A stretch of 64,000 nt of DNA from Capsulimonas sp. (GCF_039928515.1 NZ_JBDSSZ010000114.1); one strand, 5' to 3'. Shown: positions 28,959 through 39,536, counted from the first letter of the stretch. Numbers and translations are program-made. Notes: generated by a model from the letters alone, not told the origin.

Positions 28959-31049
28959 TTGGGGCAGGAAAATCGCGATTTTATCACGAACACTTCCCCA
29001 GCCTCCCAATTTCAGGATTATCATTTGCGAAGTATCCCGCGTATTATTCTGACCGCCTCGCTGCTGGCGGGCGCTTCCATAGCGCACGCTCAAGACCCGA
29101 CGCCGGTTCCCACCCCCATCGCCGATCCGAACGCGGCCGCTGCCCCGCTCGCGATCCCGCCGCCGCCGCTCGCGACTCCTTCCGCTCCATTGAAGTCTCT
29201 GCCGCCAGTTTATCTCGACGACTCCAATGACAGCTTCGGCATCGCGCAAAGCGAAGCGCGATCGCGCGGGCTTCAGGCGCGCATGCTGTGGATCGATGGG
29301 CTCGCCAATATCGACCGGATCAACAGCACGGATAAGATCAAGGCGCTGACGGCGCAGATCAAAAATGCGGGCTTCAATATGATCGTGCTCGACGTGAAGC
29401 CGATCAATGGATTGACGCTCTATAAGAGCGCCTATGCGCCGCTGTCGCCGGGACGTGGCGGCAAGCGCTTCCCCGAGGGCTTCGATCCGCTCGCTGAGTT
29501 CCTGCGCGCCGCGCGTCCGCTGGGCTTGCAGGTCATCGCCAGCATGAACGCCTTCGCCGAAGGCCAGCTAGACTCGCCGTTGCCGCAGTCGCCCGGCTAC
29601 GCCAACCCGCAGTGGCAAACGACGATCTACGAATCCGTAACCCGCGTCGCCCCCTCAGGCTCTACAATCAATACTATCCTCGCCGGCGACACGCTCAATA
29701 CGCTAAACGAAAACGGCGATCGCGTCACGATCTATCAAGACTTATCAAAACTGAAAAGGGATCTCGACAGCCGGGGCAACGCCAGCCTGACGGTTGCGGT
29801 TCTGAACGCAGCGGGTCAGGTCATCGCCGTCGGCAACGGGCAGATGATGACCGTACCCACCACGGGAGCGCCCCCAGCCCCGCCTATTCCCGTACCGCCC
29901 CCAGCCACTGCGCCCACTCCGGACGGCGCGGCTCCCGACACGCCGCCCACGCCAGTCCACATCGTTCCTGCTCCCACCAGCAAGCTGGGACCGATGCCGA
30001 CGAAACTAGGCAAGGGTGAGATGGCGCTGGTGGGAATCGCCGGCGCTTCGAACTTCCTCAACGCCTTCGCTCGGCTGGGCGTGACGATGACCGTGACCAC
30101 TCAGCCGGACTTTCACCCCATCGGCAAAGGCTCAGCGCGCACCGGGCCGCTGATGGTGAACCCCAACGATCCGACAGTGCAGACCCGCCTGCTCAATATG
30201 GTTGGCGAGGTCGTGGGTTACGGCGTCGACGGGATCATCTTCGACGATCGTTTGCGCTACGCCGGACTGAACGCCGATTTCGGCGACAAAACGCGCGCGG
30301 ACTTTGAAACTTATGTCGGACATGCCGTAAAATGGCCCGACGACGTGTTCAAATACGCTTCCGACGATCTTCTTTCCCGGCGTATCGTCCCAGGCCCGCT
30401 CATGGAGACCTGGCTGCTCTGGCGCGCGATCACGATCCGCAACTTCCTTGCGTCCGCCGGAGCGAAGGTCAAATCGCTGAACAAGAACGCCACCATCAGC
30501 GTCTATGTTGGATCGACCTACAGCGATTATCCCAAGATGGGCGCGAACTGGGCGGCGGACGATTTCTCCGCCGGATATCGGTTCCTCACGCCAGGCTTTC
30601 AAAAAACAGGAATGGCCGGACTCGTCGATTGGATGACGACCGGCTGCTACTACCGCGTCGGCCCGATGCACGATGCGAGCGACATTGGGCAGACTTCCAG
30701 CTATACCATCGAGGCGGCGGGGCAGTTCAGCAACCGGGCGGCGAATGACCGAACCTGGGTTTACGCGGGTCTTTCCCTGGAGATGTTCAACGGTCGGACA
30801 GAAGCGCTAAAAGGCGCATTGCAGGCGGCGGCCGCGACGACTCAGGGGATCATGGTCTTCGATCTGTCGCACAACATCGACCAGTTCTGGCCGGTGTTCA
30901 AGCAGGCGTTCGCGCAGCCGGCGCTGCCCCCGCATTCGTCGCCCGGCCTGCTGGATTCGGTCCGCGCCCAGCATGAGGCGCACAAAACATCCGGGACGCC
31001 GGATCCCCCCGTCATTGTATTTGGCGGCGCCTCCGGGACGGGGCTATAA
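28959..31049 (+). CDS. Secreted glycosyl hydrolase-like 10 (GHL10/DUF187-type) protein with an inserted Pro-rich domain
   Basis: ARMLWID, AGFNMIVLDVKP, FDPLAEF, VNPNDP.VQ, VDGIIFDDRLRY, GIMVFDL. Confidence 0.75.
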   Translation: MGQENRDFITNTSPASQFQDYHLRSIPRIILTASLLAGASIAHAQDPTPVPTPIADPNAAAAPLAIPPPPLATPSAPLKSLPPVYLDDSNDSFGIAQSEARSRGLQARMLWIDGLANIDRINSTDKIKALTAQIKNAGFNMIVLDVKPINGLTLYKSAYAPLSPGRGGKRFPEGFDPLAEFLRAARPLGLQVIASMNAFAEGQLDSPLPQSPGYANPQWQTTIYESVTRVAPSGSTINTILAGDTLNTLNENGDRVTIYQDLSKLKRDLDSRGNASLTVAVLNAAGQVIAVGNGQMMTVPTTGAPPAPPIPVPPPATAPTPDGAAPDTPPTPVHIVPAPTSKLGPMPTKLGKGEMALVGIAGASNFLNAFARLGVTMTVTTQPDFHPIGKGSARTGPLMVNPNDPTVQTRLLNMVGEVVGYGVDGIIFDDRLRYAGLNADFGDKTRADFETYVGHAVKWPDDVFKYASDDLLSRRIVPGPLMETWLLWRAITIRNFLASAGAKVKSLNKNATISVYVGSTYSDYPKMGANWAADDFSAGYRFLTPGFQKTGMAGLVDWMTTGCYYRVGPMHDASDIGQTSSYTIEAAGQFSNRAANDRTWVYAGLSLEMFNGRTEALKGALQAAAATTQGIMVFDLSHNIDQFWPVFKQAFAQPALPPHSSPGLLDSVRAQHEAHKTSGTPDPPVIVFGGASGTGL

Positions 31050-31154
31050 AGCGTGCGGAAAGACGCTCGTTCCGGGTATTATTACGGGTAACGGCGCGCG
31101 CCTCGCGCCGAGGTTTTCGACAAAGCTCCTTTGTGTCAATGAAGATGTAATCAT

Positions 31155-32003
31155 ATGAGTTACGGCTCCCCGCCCAACCCGATGGATCAGCTCCGCAATT
31201 TCGTACAACGCGGCGGCATTCCCGTGACGTACGCACTCTTAGTCGCCAATCTCGTGACGTTTTTTGCGATGTTTTTTGGGGGCCAAGGAGCCATTGCAAA
31301 GGTCTTCGGTTACCTTGCATTCGACAGCTTCAATTTCCTGACCAAGCCCTGGACGATCGTGACATACCCCTTAATTAGTAGTGATCTGTGGACACTGCTG
31401 ATTGGCGGATTTTTCTTTTGGCTGACGGGCGGCAGTTTGGAGCGCGGTTGGGGCAGCGCCCGTTTCGCAAAATGGTTCTTCAGTCTCGCGGCGGTGTTTG
31501 CACTGTGCCTGGCCTTAGGCGAGCACCTTCTAAATACTCAGCGCCTTGTTCAAGGGCTCTATTTACCGCTTTCGGGAGTGATCGTGGCGTTCTGCGCCTT
31601 GAACCCCGAGCAGACGATGGTGCTGTACTGGATACCGATCCGTGCGCGTTATATGATCTTCATCGTGGCGATTTTTGTCTGGGTCACCTACGGTCCGCTG
31701 CTTGGTTTTTTCGCCTGCCTGGGAGTTCTCGCGGCATACGTTTACATGACCTATTTCAATACGTATGGAGGCCGTGGCTACGCCGTACGCAGCCCCGACC
31801 CGAAGATCCTGCATCTTCGGCCAAACCAGAAGACGATCCGCAAGGTCTCGCTCGACGGTTCGTCCCCGCGTGGTTTCTTTGATTTCGCGGGACGTCTGCG
31901 CGATTATCAGGAAAAGAAACGGCTTGAGCAGCTACTCAAGAACTCGGGATTTACGGACAAAAACGACTGGCTTGATGACGATCATCCCAAACGCCGGCGA
32001 TAA
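31155..32003 (+). CDS. Rhomboid-like membrane protein (probably lacking the canonical GxSG dyad)
   Basis: PWTIVTYP, GGSLERGWGS.RF, multiple TM helices. Confidence 0.65.
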   Translation: MSYGSPPNPMDQLRNFVQRGGIPVTYALLVANLVTFFAMFFGGQGAIAKVFGYLAFDSFNFLTKPWTIVTYPLISSDLWTLLIGGFFFWLTGGSLERGWGSARFAKWFFSLAAVFALCLALGEHLLNTQRLVQGLYLPLSGVIVAFCALNPEQTMVLYWIPIRARYMIFIVAIFVWVTYGPLLGFFACLGVLAAYVYMTYFNTYGGRGYAVRSPDPKILHLRPNQKTIRKVSLDGSSPRGFFDFAGRLRDYQEKKRLEQLLKNSGFTDKNDWLDDDHPKRRR

Positions 32004-32105
32004 GCGGCCCGCGCCGCCCAGAATGAAGTTGTTTCGCGCTTGACGACTCTAAATTTTAAATCATCCGCCTGATTACCCACCATGCCAATTCGAAGGAGAG
32101 TTTTG

Positions 32106-33929
32106 ATGAACAAGCGCCACGCCGGCTCATGGACGGCTTGCGCCGCAGTCCTGACGGTCATGCTCCACCCTCTCTCAGCTGCCGCTCAAGCACCCGCAAC
32201 TTCGGGCGCGGCGGCTCTGGATTCCGTGACGCTTTACCGCAATAATCCCGAACGCACGGGATACACTTCTAAGACTCTGACGGCCCCGCTGTCGCTGTAC
32301 TGGAAGTTCACGACCTCGGCCTCCACGGATACACCCTCATCGCCGGTCGCGCAGGACGGCGTCGTCTATTTCGCCTGCGGTCCCGCCGTTTACGCCGTGC
32401 GCGAATCCGACGGAACTCAGGTATGGAAGTTCTCGTCGCCCGGCAAAGATCCAAAGTCGTTCAACAGCACGCCTGCGATTGACAATGGATTCTTGTACAT
32501 AGGCAGCGACGATTATAACTTCTACAAGATCGATATTAAAAACGGCCATCAAGTCTGGGCGTTCAAAGCAGCCTATGGAATCCGATCGCAGCCGATCGTT
32601 CAAAACGGCCTCGCGCTGTTTGGGACCGAAGACGGCGTCTGTTACGCCATAGACGTCAAAACCGGTCAGCCCGAATGGATGGCGCCGACGAACGGCTCCG
32701 TCACCGCGCCGCCGATCATGACGTCTCCTTCGACGGTGGTCTTTACCTCTTCGGACAACAGCCTCTACGCGTTCAATCCGATCACCGGTCGGTCGGCTTG
32801 GTCGGTAAAGCTACCAACCGATCCGACACACTCGCCGCCGCTTTACACGGGACGCGAGATTTTCGTCGCCGCAGACGAATACTTTTTCTGCCTGACAGGA
32901 CGCACGGGCGCCACGCGCTGGCAAACCAAACTTTCGTCGTCAATCACCACCCCGCTGGCGTATGCGAACGGCTCCATCTACTTCGCCACGCAGGACAGCA
33001 AGGTCGTGGCGATTTCGGATCGCGGCAAGATTCAGTGGTCCACGGACATCGATTATACTACAAGCGCCACACCGCTTCTGGCGGGCAACACCCTGTTCCT
33101 CCCAACAGAGCGCGGGATCGTCTATGCGATTTCCGCAAGCAACGGCCAAATCCTTTGGAGCTATGTCGTGCAGGCGGCCGGCACGGCAAAGCAGCCCAAG
33201 CTCGATTTCACGGATATCGCTTCAGCCCCGATCCTCGTCAATGGAGCCTTGTATGTTCTGAGTGACGACGGCAGCCTCTCCGCGTTCCGCGCTGACGCAA
33301 CCGATCACGCCGCGCCGCTCTTCTCGAAGTTCACTCCGGCGGCTTCATCGATTGTCGGCGGCGTGCGCATCCCCTACAGCGCCTTGGTGATTGATGAAGG
33401 ATCGGGCGTCGACCCCGCCACAGTCTCCATGTCGGTGGACGGAACGGTTGTGCCTCCCGTAGGCTACGATCCCAGCTTCAACGGCGCCCATGTGATGACC
33501 GCCTTCAATGACACACAAGACCGCGTGCCTCACCTTAACGATGGAACGCATCAAGTCTTGATTACGGCTTCGGACTGGCGCGGCAACAAGTCGAGCGCCA
33601 CATGGAGCTTCGTCGTTGACAACAAGCTCAATCCGGAAGACACTAAGGGCTACGTCCCATCCACTGCGCCCACGGCTCCCGGTCGGGGCAGCCAGCGCGG
33701 AGGACGAGGACAGCAGGGCAATCAAAACGGAAATCAGGGCGGCGCGCGCAATCCCGGCGGTAATAACAATACGCCTGGCCGCAACAATAATGGCGGCAAT
33801 AACGGCGGGGGCTTCAACGGAGGCGGCGTAATCGCGCCGACACCGACGCCCGCTCCGACACCCACTCCGGTTCCCCCGACGCCTACTCCAGTACCCGGCG
33901 GCGGTGGGCCGCCTCCCCCGCCGATCTAG
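32106..33929 (+). CDS. Secreted PQQ-like/BamB-like beta-propeller protein with Ig-like and G/N/P-rich tail
   Basis: Repeated SPV..DGVVY / TPAI..G.LYIGS.D blades; AAGGAG RBS; PTPTP tail. Confidence 0.85.
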   Translation: MNKRHAGSWTACAAVLTVMLHPLSAAAQAPATSGAAALDSVTLYRNNPERTGYTSKTLTAPLSLYWKFTTSASTDTPSSPVAQDGVVYFACGPAVYAVRESDGTQVWKFSSPGKDPKSFNSTPAIDNGFLYIGSDDYNFYKIDIKNGHQVWAFKAAYGIRSQPIVQNGLALFGTEDGVCYAIDVKTGQPEWMAPTNGSVTAPPIMTSPSTVVFTSSDNSLYAFNPITGRSAWSVKLPTDPTHSPPLYTGREIFVAADEYFFCLTGRTGATRWQTKLSSSITTPLAYANGSIYFATQDSKVVAISDRGKIQWSTDIDYTTSATPLLAGNTLFLPTERGIVYAISASNGQILWSYVVQAAGTAKQPKLDFTDIASAPILVNGALYVLSDDGSLSAFRADATDHAAPLFSKFTPAASSIVGGVRIPYSALVIDEGSGVDPATVSMSVDGTVVPPVGYDPSFNGAHVMTAFNDTQDRVPHLNDGTHQVLITASDWRGNKSSATWSFVVDNKLNPEDTKGYVPSTAPTAPGRGSQRGGRGQQGNQNGNQGGARNPGGNNNTPGRNNNGGNNGGGFNGGGVIAPTPTPAPTPTPVPPTPTPVPGGGGPPPPPI

Positions 33930-33939
33930 AGCTAACCTG

Positions 33940-35076
33940 ATGACCATCGCAGATCCGACCGCCGGTAAACTCCGGCAGATCGCCTGGCTCCGAATGAACG
34001 CGCTTGAGTTTGCTCCCAAGCGCGTTCACACGCTTCTGGAGCGCTTTGGCGGCTCTCCCGAAACCGCATTTTCCGAGCCGGACTCCACGTGGCGCGACGC
34101 GCTGCCGGACCTCACGGCCAAACAGCTGGATCGCCTGCGGAAGATCCGAGACCAGGATTTCTCCAAGGAACTCGCGTTTCTGGAGCGCTCCGGCGGCCGC
34201 GCCGTCGCCTTCACCGATCCCGACTATCCCACAAACCTCAAGCCGCTTCCAGACGCTCCGCCGGTTCTGATCGTGCGCGGCTCCTTCGTTTCCGAAGATA
34301 AGTTCAGCGTTGCGATTGTCGGCTCCCGCCGCGCCAGTTCCTATGGTCTGTCGCTGGCCCGCCGCTTCGCCGCCGAGCTTGCCGACCGCGGGCTCACCAT
34401 CGTCTCCGGCGGCGCTCGCGGCGTGGACACCCAGGCGCACCTCGGCGCTCTTGACGCCAAAGGCCGCACCATCGCTTTTTTAGGCTGCGGCGCCGATGTC
34501 AACTACCCGAGCGAAAATCGCACCCTCTTTGACAACATCGTCGCCTCCGGCGGCGCCGTCGCCTCCGAGTTTCCACTCGGAACCCGCCCCGAACCCTGGC
34601 GCTTTCCGGCGCGCAACCGCCTCATTTCTGGAACATCGCTCGGCGTGCTCGTCATCGAGAGCCCCATCGACAGCGGCTCCCTGATCACCGCCCGCGAAGC
34701 CGGCGACCAGGGCCGCGATGTCTTTGCAATCCCCGGCCCCATCGACACCGGCCGCAACGCCGGTTGTCATAAGCTCATTCAGGACGGCGCCAAGCTCGTT
34801 CAAAACGTCGACGACATCCTCGAAGAACTCGGCGTCCTCACCCTGCGCTCCCCCGACGGCCCCACCAACCTCATCTCCGGCGCCCCCGTCCCCGCCAACC
34901 TCCCGCCCGAACAGCGCCGCGTCCTAGAGCTATTGACTCTCCAGCCACGCAACGTCGACAGCATGATTGTGGAGAGTAAGATGACGGCGCCTCAGGTCAG
35001 CAGCATCTTAACTCTGCTGGAGATGCGTGGGCTGGCGCGGCGCGTGCCGGGGAACGCCTTCGTGCGGGTGTTGTAG
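33940..35076 (+). CDS. dprA: DNA-processing protein DprA (Smf)
   Basis: VAIVGSRRAS.YG, IVSGGARGVD, FPARNRLISG, SGSLITA, C-terminal winged helix. Confidence 0.96.
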   Translation: MTIADPTAGKLRQIAWLRMNALEFAPKRVHTLLERFGGSPETAFSEPDSTWRDALPDLTAKQLDRLRKIRDQDFSKELAFLERSGGRAVAFTDPDYPTNLKPLPDAPPVLIVRGSFVSEDKFSVAIVGSRRASSYGLSLARRFAAELADRGLTIVSGGARGVDTQAHLGALDAKGRTIAFLGCGADVNYPSENRTLFDNIVASGGAVASEFPLGTRPEPWRFPARNRLISGTSLGVLVIESPIDSGSLITAREAGDQGRDVFAIPGPIDTGRNAGCHKLIQDGAKLVQNVDDILEELGVLTLRSPDGPTNLISGAPVPANLPPEQRRVLELLTLQPRNVDSMIVESKMTAPQVSSILTLLEMRGLARRVPGNAFVRVL

Positions 35077-35129
35077 CAGGGCCATACAATATAGCCAAGC
35101 TCGGTCATTGACATCGCACAGGGGGTCGC

Positions 35130-36278
35130 ATGCTTATCGGACTATCTGCACTGGAAGAAACGGACTGGTCGAGACTCCTTCATGCGTACGGACGCGCCGT
35201 TGATACGCCGGGACATCTCCGGGCGTTCTTGGAGTTCGACGCCGACGCGCGGGCGGCGGCGATGAGTCACTTGTGGGCTGCGATTCTCCATCAAGGCTCC
35301 GCATACACGGCAACACCAGCGGTCGCTCTGGTCCTAGTCGGTTTACTCGCCGACGAACGGATCGATCAAGGCGAACCGGGGCGAGCTCACGTCTTGTCCT
35401 TTTTGGGATACGTCGCCCAAGTCTTCGACTATGCCGATCTGGATGTCGACAGCCTGAAGCGGTTGGCTGCCTTTGACGTTGAAGCATATCTAGACGCCTA
35501 CGATGACGATGAGTCCGACAACGAAGAGGCCTCAAGCGCCTTATACGCCCGCACGATCCTCGGCTGTTATGAGGCCCGCCCGGTTATTATGCAAGTGATG
35601 CTCGACGCTCTGGGGCACAGCAGATCCGAAGTTCGAGTTGAGGCCGCCTGGGGAGCGTCGATCCTTGCCAATGACCCTTCGCTGAAGAACACAAAGCATG
35701 ATATTGAGACGCAGTTATGGGCGCTCATCGAAACTGCTCCAACGATCGACGAGCGCTGTGCCTTAGTCCTGGCGCTCGGCGAACTTGGAATAAGACCCGT
35801 TCAGTTTCTGAACGAGAGCTCCCCTGCTCTCCGAATGTGCGCAGCACTTTCACCGGAACTCGCGGAGAACGAAGCTGCGCTTGAAGAGCTGGCGACGACA
35901 CTCCGTCTCCACGCTTCCGAAATCGACACCTGGTTTTCCGAAAGACCACCGCAGTTCGAGATGTCGCCGCGATTCTCAATCATCGAACGGCTCGCCAAGA
36001 ACGTGAAAGACTTCGGCCAGATCGTCGACGCGGCGGTTGCCGTGGCGCAGGTCGCAACGAAGCACACCGTCGACTACGACTGGGGGCCACTGCTGGCTAT
36101 GGCGTTCGCCGACGGGTCGGGAAGTCCGTCTTCGGAGCCACAACGCCGCTATCTTGAGGCCCTGGTCGATCGGGAAGAGCTCTGGGATCCCGTGTACGCC
36201 AATCCACGAAGATGGTTCAAGAAGGCCGGACTGCCATACGACCGCCAGGCATGCTTCGACCTTCTGATGTCAGTGTGA
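35130..36278 (+). CDS. Hypothetical acidic HEAT/helical-repeat-like protein
   Basis: DWSRLLHAYGRAVDTPGHL...HQGS.Y.AT start typical of a HEAT-like family; 382 aa. Confidence 0.65.
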   Translation: MLIGLSALEETDWSRLLHAYGRAVDTPGHLRAFLEFDADARAAAMSHLWAAILHQGSAYTATPAVALVLVGLLADERIDQGEPGRAHVLSFLGYVAQVFDYADLDVDSLKRLAAFDVEAYLDAYDDDESDNEEASSALYARTILGCYEARPVIMQVMLDALGHSRSEVRVEAAWGASILANDPSLKNTKHDIETQLWALIETAPTIDERCALVLALGELGIRPVQFLNESSPALRMCAALSPELAENEAALEELATTLRLHASEIDTWFSERPPQFEMSPRFSIIERLAKNVKDFGQIVDAAVAVAQVATKHTVDYDWGPLLAMAFADGSGSPSSEPQRRYLEALVDREELWDPVYANPRRWFKKAGLPYDRQACFDLLMSV

Positions 36279-36315
36279 CGCCCGCGAACGTCTGATCGTT
36301 CCGGGCGCCCATGTA

Positions 36316-36760
36316 ATCCTGAGCGTTAAAGATGGCGCGAATATCCGCAGCCACGGGAGCCTTGAGTTCCTGTTTCGTGACGTACTTACTCGCATTCTGC
36401 TGAAGGTGGAACTGGCGGCGCTGCCAGGGAACACCACCCAGAACCGCACGCGTGGCCGCTTTGATCCCCTCGTGCGCATCGCTGACGACCAAGCGCACGC
36501 CGCAAAGACCGCGCGCCAGCAAGCTCTGAAGGAATGTGCGCCAATGCACCTCCTGTTCCGAAGTCGCTACCGACACACCCAGCACTTGTCGTTTGCCGTC
36601 CAGGTCCACGCCGATGGCGATCAGCACCGCCGCGCTCTGAACTACGCCGCCCTGACGCACTTTCTCGTAACGGGCGTCTAGATACAAATAGGCCAACTCT
36701 CCCAGGGGGCGCTCACGCCATTCTTTGAGGATGGCGTCCAGTTCCGCCGTCGCTCTGGAG
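36316..36760 (-). mobile_element. Internal fragment of an IS256-family (mutator) transposase
   Basis: WRERPL..YLYLDARYEKVR, LIAIGVD.DGKR.VLG, SE.EVHWR.FL, LVVSDAHEG, WQR(C>R)QFHLQQN; N- and C-terminal parts and terminal IRs not seen. Confidence 0.88.
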
Positions 36761-36830
36761 AAGTAATCGACGACCATATTACCGCAATCAAAGAAAGCTA
36801 TGGAGCGAAATCCTAAGCGAACAATTGTGT

Positions 36831-37835
36831 TCACTGAGGATTGGCAAATTTCATAACGCTATCCATCAAACAAACCGCTTCACGCAGCCGGTCCTCATGC
36901 GGTCCTGAAAGAATAGCGTACGGCGTCGCCTGCGCGGCGAGCAGTTCGGCAAAACGTTCGTGCATGGCGTGGCGAATATGCCGGCCGTCGCGTGTGCCGT
37001 CCTGGACGAAGGGGATGTCGTCGGCGGTCAGCAGGATGAGATCGTAGTGACGCTGGGCGGCGATGGCTTCGACTTCCGGGGATAAGGCGCCCATGTAGCG
37101 CTCATGCCAGAGGTTCGTGGCGAAGGCGTTGGTGTCGCAAATCAGAAGTTTGTTGGTTTCGCAGGCGGCGGCGTCTTCTCGTTCGCACTGGGTTTGCGCG
37201 ATTAAGACGAACTCTTCCGTGGTCCAGTCATCTTCGATTTCGGCTGTGTCGTCCGTGATGACGCGGCCGGCGAACTTCTCCTCACAATATTCCCGTCCGT
37301 ATTCGGCGACCCAATGGACGCCGTAGTGCTCGGCAAGAGCTTTGGACAACGTGGTTGTCCCAGTAGACTCGGCGCCGAGGACGCAGACGCGCTTGACGAA
37401 GTGGGCGCGGATACAGGGCTCCAGGTAATCCCAGCATTCTAATGGATCGCGGCGAACGGCTGTCCCAGAGCATGGGACTGTTCCACGGGCATGGTCGACC
37501 ATCACATGCGCGCATCCCAGAAAGTAGGAGAACGTTTCGCCGTAGTTTTCGGAACTGAAGACTGCGTCGGGCGCATATCCGAGGGTCTGAATGGTGAACT
37601 CCGCCCACCCCTGCGAATCGTCGTCGCCGTGGACGTCGTCAACCTCGATCACCGTCACATCGGGATGGATCTCTCGGAGCCATTGCGCTCGCAGTGTGGG
37701 CGGGATTGTTTCTTCCGGACGGCCGACCAGCATGACCGTCACATGGCGCGAATTAGCTTGCGCGGTGTCGATCAGATGCTTGTGCCCACGGTGCGGCGGG
37801 TAAAACTTGCCGACGACGAAACCGTTGTTATACAT
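36831..37835 (-). CDS. nadR: NadR-like bifunctional nucleotidyltransferase / AAA_28 kinase without HTH domain
   Basis: GKFYPPHRGH, SSENYG, SGTAVR, GAESTGTTTL, EYGREY, CDTN, FVQDGTR. Confidence 0.8.
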   Translation of the reverse strand: MYNNGFVVGKFYPPHRGHKHLIDTAQANSRHVTVMLVGRPEETIPPTLRAQWLREIHPDVTVIEVDDVHGDDDSQGWAEFTIQTLGYAPDAVFSSENYGETFSYFLGCAHVMVDHARGTVPCSGTAVRRDPLECWDYLEPCIRAHFVKRVCVLGAESTGTTTLSKALAEHYGVHWVAEYGREYCEEKFAGRVITDDTAEIEDDWTTEEFVLIAQTQCEREDAAACETNKLLICDTNAFATNLWHERYMGALSPEVEAIAAQRHYDLILLTADDIPFVQDGTRDGRHIRHAMHERFAELLAAQATPYAILSGPHEDRLREAVCLMDSVMKFANPQ

Positions 37836-38505
37836 ACGTGGCCGCCGGTTCCGAAGAAGCGTAGTCTTCCCCTTGCTCTCTCAGCGATTTTCTCCAAACA
37901 CGCAGACCCACAAGGCACATCATGAGGAACAATAAGTTCAAGGCGGCCGTGAGGGATTGATGTTTGTACGTGAAGAGCCCAATATAGAGAACATCGGCGG
38001 CGATCCACAGATACCAGTTCTCAATCATCTTCTTCGTCATCAGAAACTGCGCGCAAAGGCTCAGCGTCGTCGTGAGAGCGTCCAGAAACGGCGCAGAATC
38101 ATGGATGTGTCTCAAATATAATGTCATACCGACGGTAGACGCAACCCCGATGGTGGCGACCATAACGGCGGTCGTGCGCGGAGTATGCGAGACAAGCAAA
38201 ATAGATCGATTGCGGCCGCCGTGCAGCCACCAATACCACCCGATTGCTCCGAGCACGATGTAAATGATTTGCAGGCTCATATCGGCGTACAGCCGGGCAT
38301 GCCAGAATTGATTGATAAAGAACAGATTGTTCGCAATTCCAATTGGCCAATTCCAAATGTTCTGCTTGACCGTCAGCCAAACGCACCACGCGCCCGTCAC
38401 AAATGCTCCTGCCTCAATGGGATCCAGTGGAAGGAAGTGCTTGATCGATCCGAGCATCAGAACAAGGGAGAGAACGACCGCCAGACCATAAGAGAAACGC
38501 TGCAT
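37828..38505 (-). CDS. pnuC: Nicotinamide riboside transporter PnuC
   Basis: NIWNWPIGI, LYADM.LQ, GWYWW, PFLDALTT, K.IENW..WI..D; overlaps nadR start. Confidence 0.9.
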   Translation of the reverse strand: MQRFSYGLAVVLSLVLMLGSIKHFLPLDPIEAGAFVTGAWCVWLTVKQNIWNWPIGIANNLFFINQFWHARLYADMSLQIIYIVLGAIGWYWWLHGGRNRSILLVSHTPRTTAVMVATIGVASTVGMTLYLRHIHDSAPFLDALTTTLSLCAQFLMTKKMIENWYLWIAADVLYIGLFTYKHQSLTAALNLLFLMMCLVGLRVWRKSLREQGEDYASSEPAATYV

Positions 38506-38605
38506 GGAGGATTATAGCATACCGACGTACGGTCAATCGGTTTCTCGCTCCATTGTCCTAACAATCATGGTATTATCTTTATCATTGCTTGGTGTTGTTT
38601 AAAAT

Positions 38606-38953
38606 ATGCGTGAGCCGCTTTCTAAAAATGCATATCGGGTGCGGGAACGGTTTGAAGCGAAACACAAACCCCACCCCGCCTATCGTCGTCAACGAATGAT
38701 GCACCCGGCCTATCATAAGACGGAGTGCCGCCATAACGGACGCGTCTACAAAATCAAAGAGGCTGGTGAGAGTTATGGACAGCGCGATGTGTTCAGCCAG
38801 GGCATACTTCCCGCACCGCGCCGCCGCCAAGGCTATATTGATTTGTTTGTATGGAAAAAGAGCCACCCGGAGAAAATGTTCATCAGCTTTATAAGTCACT
38901 GTGTCCCCATTGACCGAGAACAACCAGAAATTTTACAGGATGACATACCCTAA
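38606..38953 (+). CDS. Possible small basic hypothetical protein (uncertain)
   Basis: 115-aa ORF in lower-GC DNA; no recognisable motif. Confidence 0.25.
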   Translation: MREPLSKNAYRVRERFEAKHKPHPAYRRQRMMHPAYHKTECRHNGRVYKIKEAGESYGQRDVFSQGILPAPRRRQGYIDLFVWKKSHPEKMFISFISHCVPIDREQPEILQDDIP

Positions 38954-39518
38954 TATAAAAATTGCAAGCGATAGGAAACCAGCGTCTCGCACTCAATCGC
39001 TTTCACCCATTATTGTTTTCGTGGCGTCGTTCTGCGTGTGCGGCGGTGTTTTGTTTGGTTACTCCGTAACGAGGCCGATTACCGCCGCCAGTGTTCATCA
39101 GGAGCTTCCTGTAGTCTACGCACGCATGGACCGGGGGATGGAGATCAAGGATTACCGGCAGGCGGTCGGTAATACGGCTCCGGATTTCGTGGCGATTAGC
39201 CAAACTGGGGACTATCGTTCCGCTGATGAAGTGCGCGCCAGCTTGCTCAGCGTATTCTACTATGGACGAAAGTTTTCATCGAAGACAAAGATCACCAACG
39301 TCAAAATCTCAGGTAAGAAAGCAATCGTTACGGAAGTATCATACTTAGAGTATGACATTCGCAAGGGGGATGTCAGCCCGGCGAAGATCGCGCCAGGACA
39401 TCATTCGGACCGCGCCACCTCGGTCGATACCTGGACAAAGGATTGGGGGCAATGGCGGCTCCACCAAACGAAAACGCTGCGCTCGTCTTCGAAAGTCGAA
39501 CGTCAACGGCGGAGATAA
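38901..39518 (+). CDS. Membrane-anchored NTF2-like (DUF4440/SnoaL-like) protein
   Basis: N-terminal TM; APDFVAI...KITNVKISGKKAIVT...SVDTWTK..GQWRL; start uncertain. Confidence 0.65.
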   Translation: MSPLTENNQKFYRMTYPNIKIASDRKPASRTQSLSPIIVFVASFCVCGGVLFGYSVTRPITAASVHQELPVVYARMDRGMEIKDYRQAVGNTAPDFVAISQTGDYRSADEVRASLLSVFYYGRKFSSKTKITNVKISGKKAIVTEVSYLEYDIRKGDVSPAKIAPGHHSDRATSVDTWTKDWGQWRLHQTKTLRSSSKVERQRRR

Positions 39519-39536
39519 GCGCTGGCCGTAATAGAT

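Noticed and set aside
38582-38923. Minus-strand 113-aa ORF upstream of pnuC
   Set aside because: No motif or RBS, and it conflicts with overlapping plus-strand ORFs.
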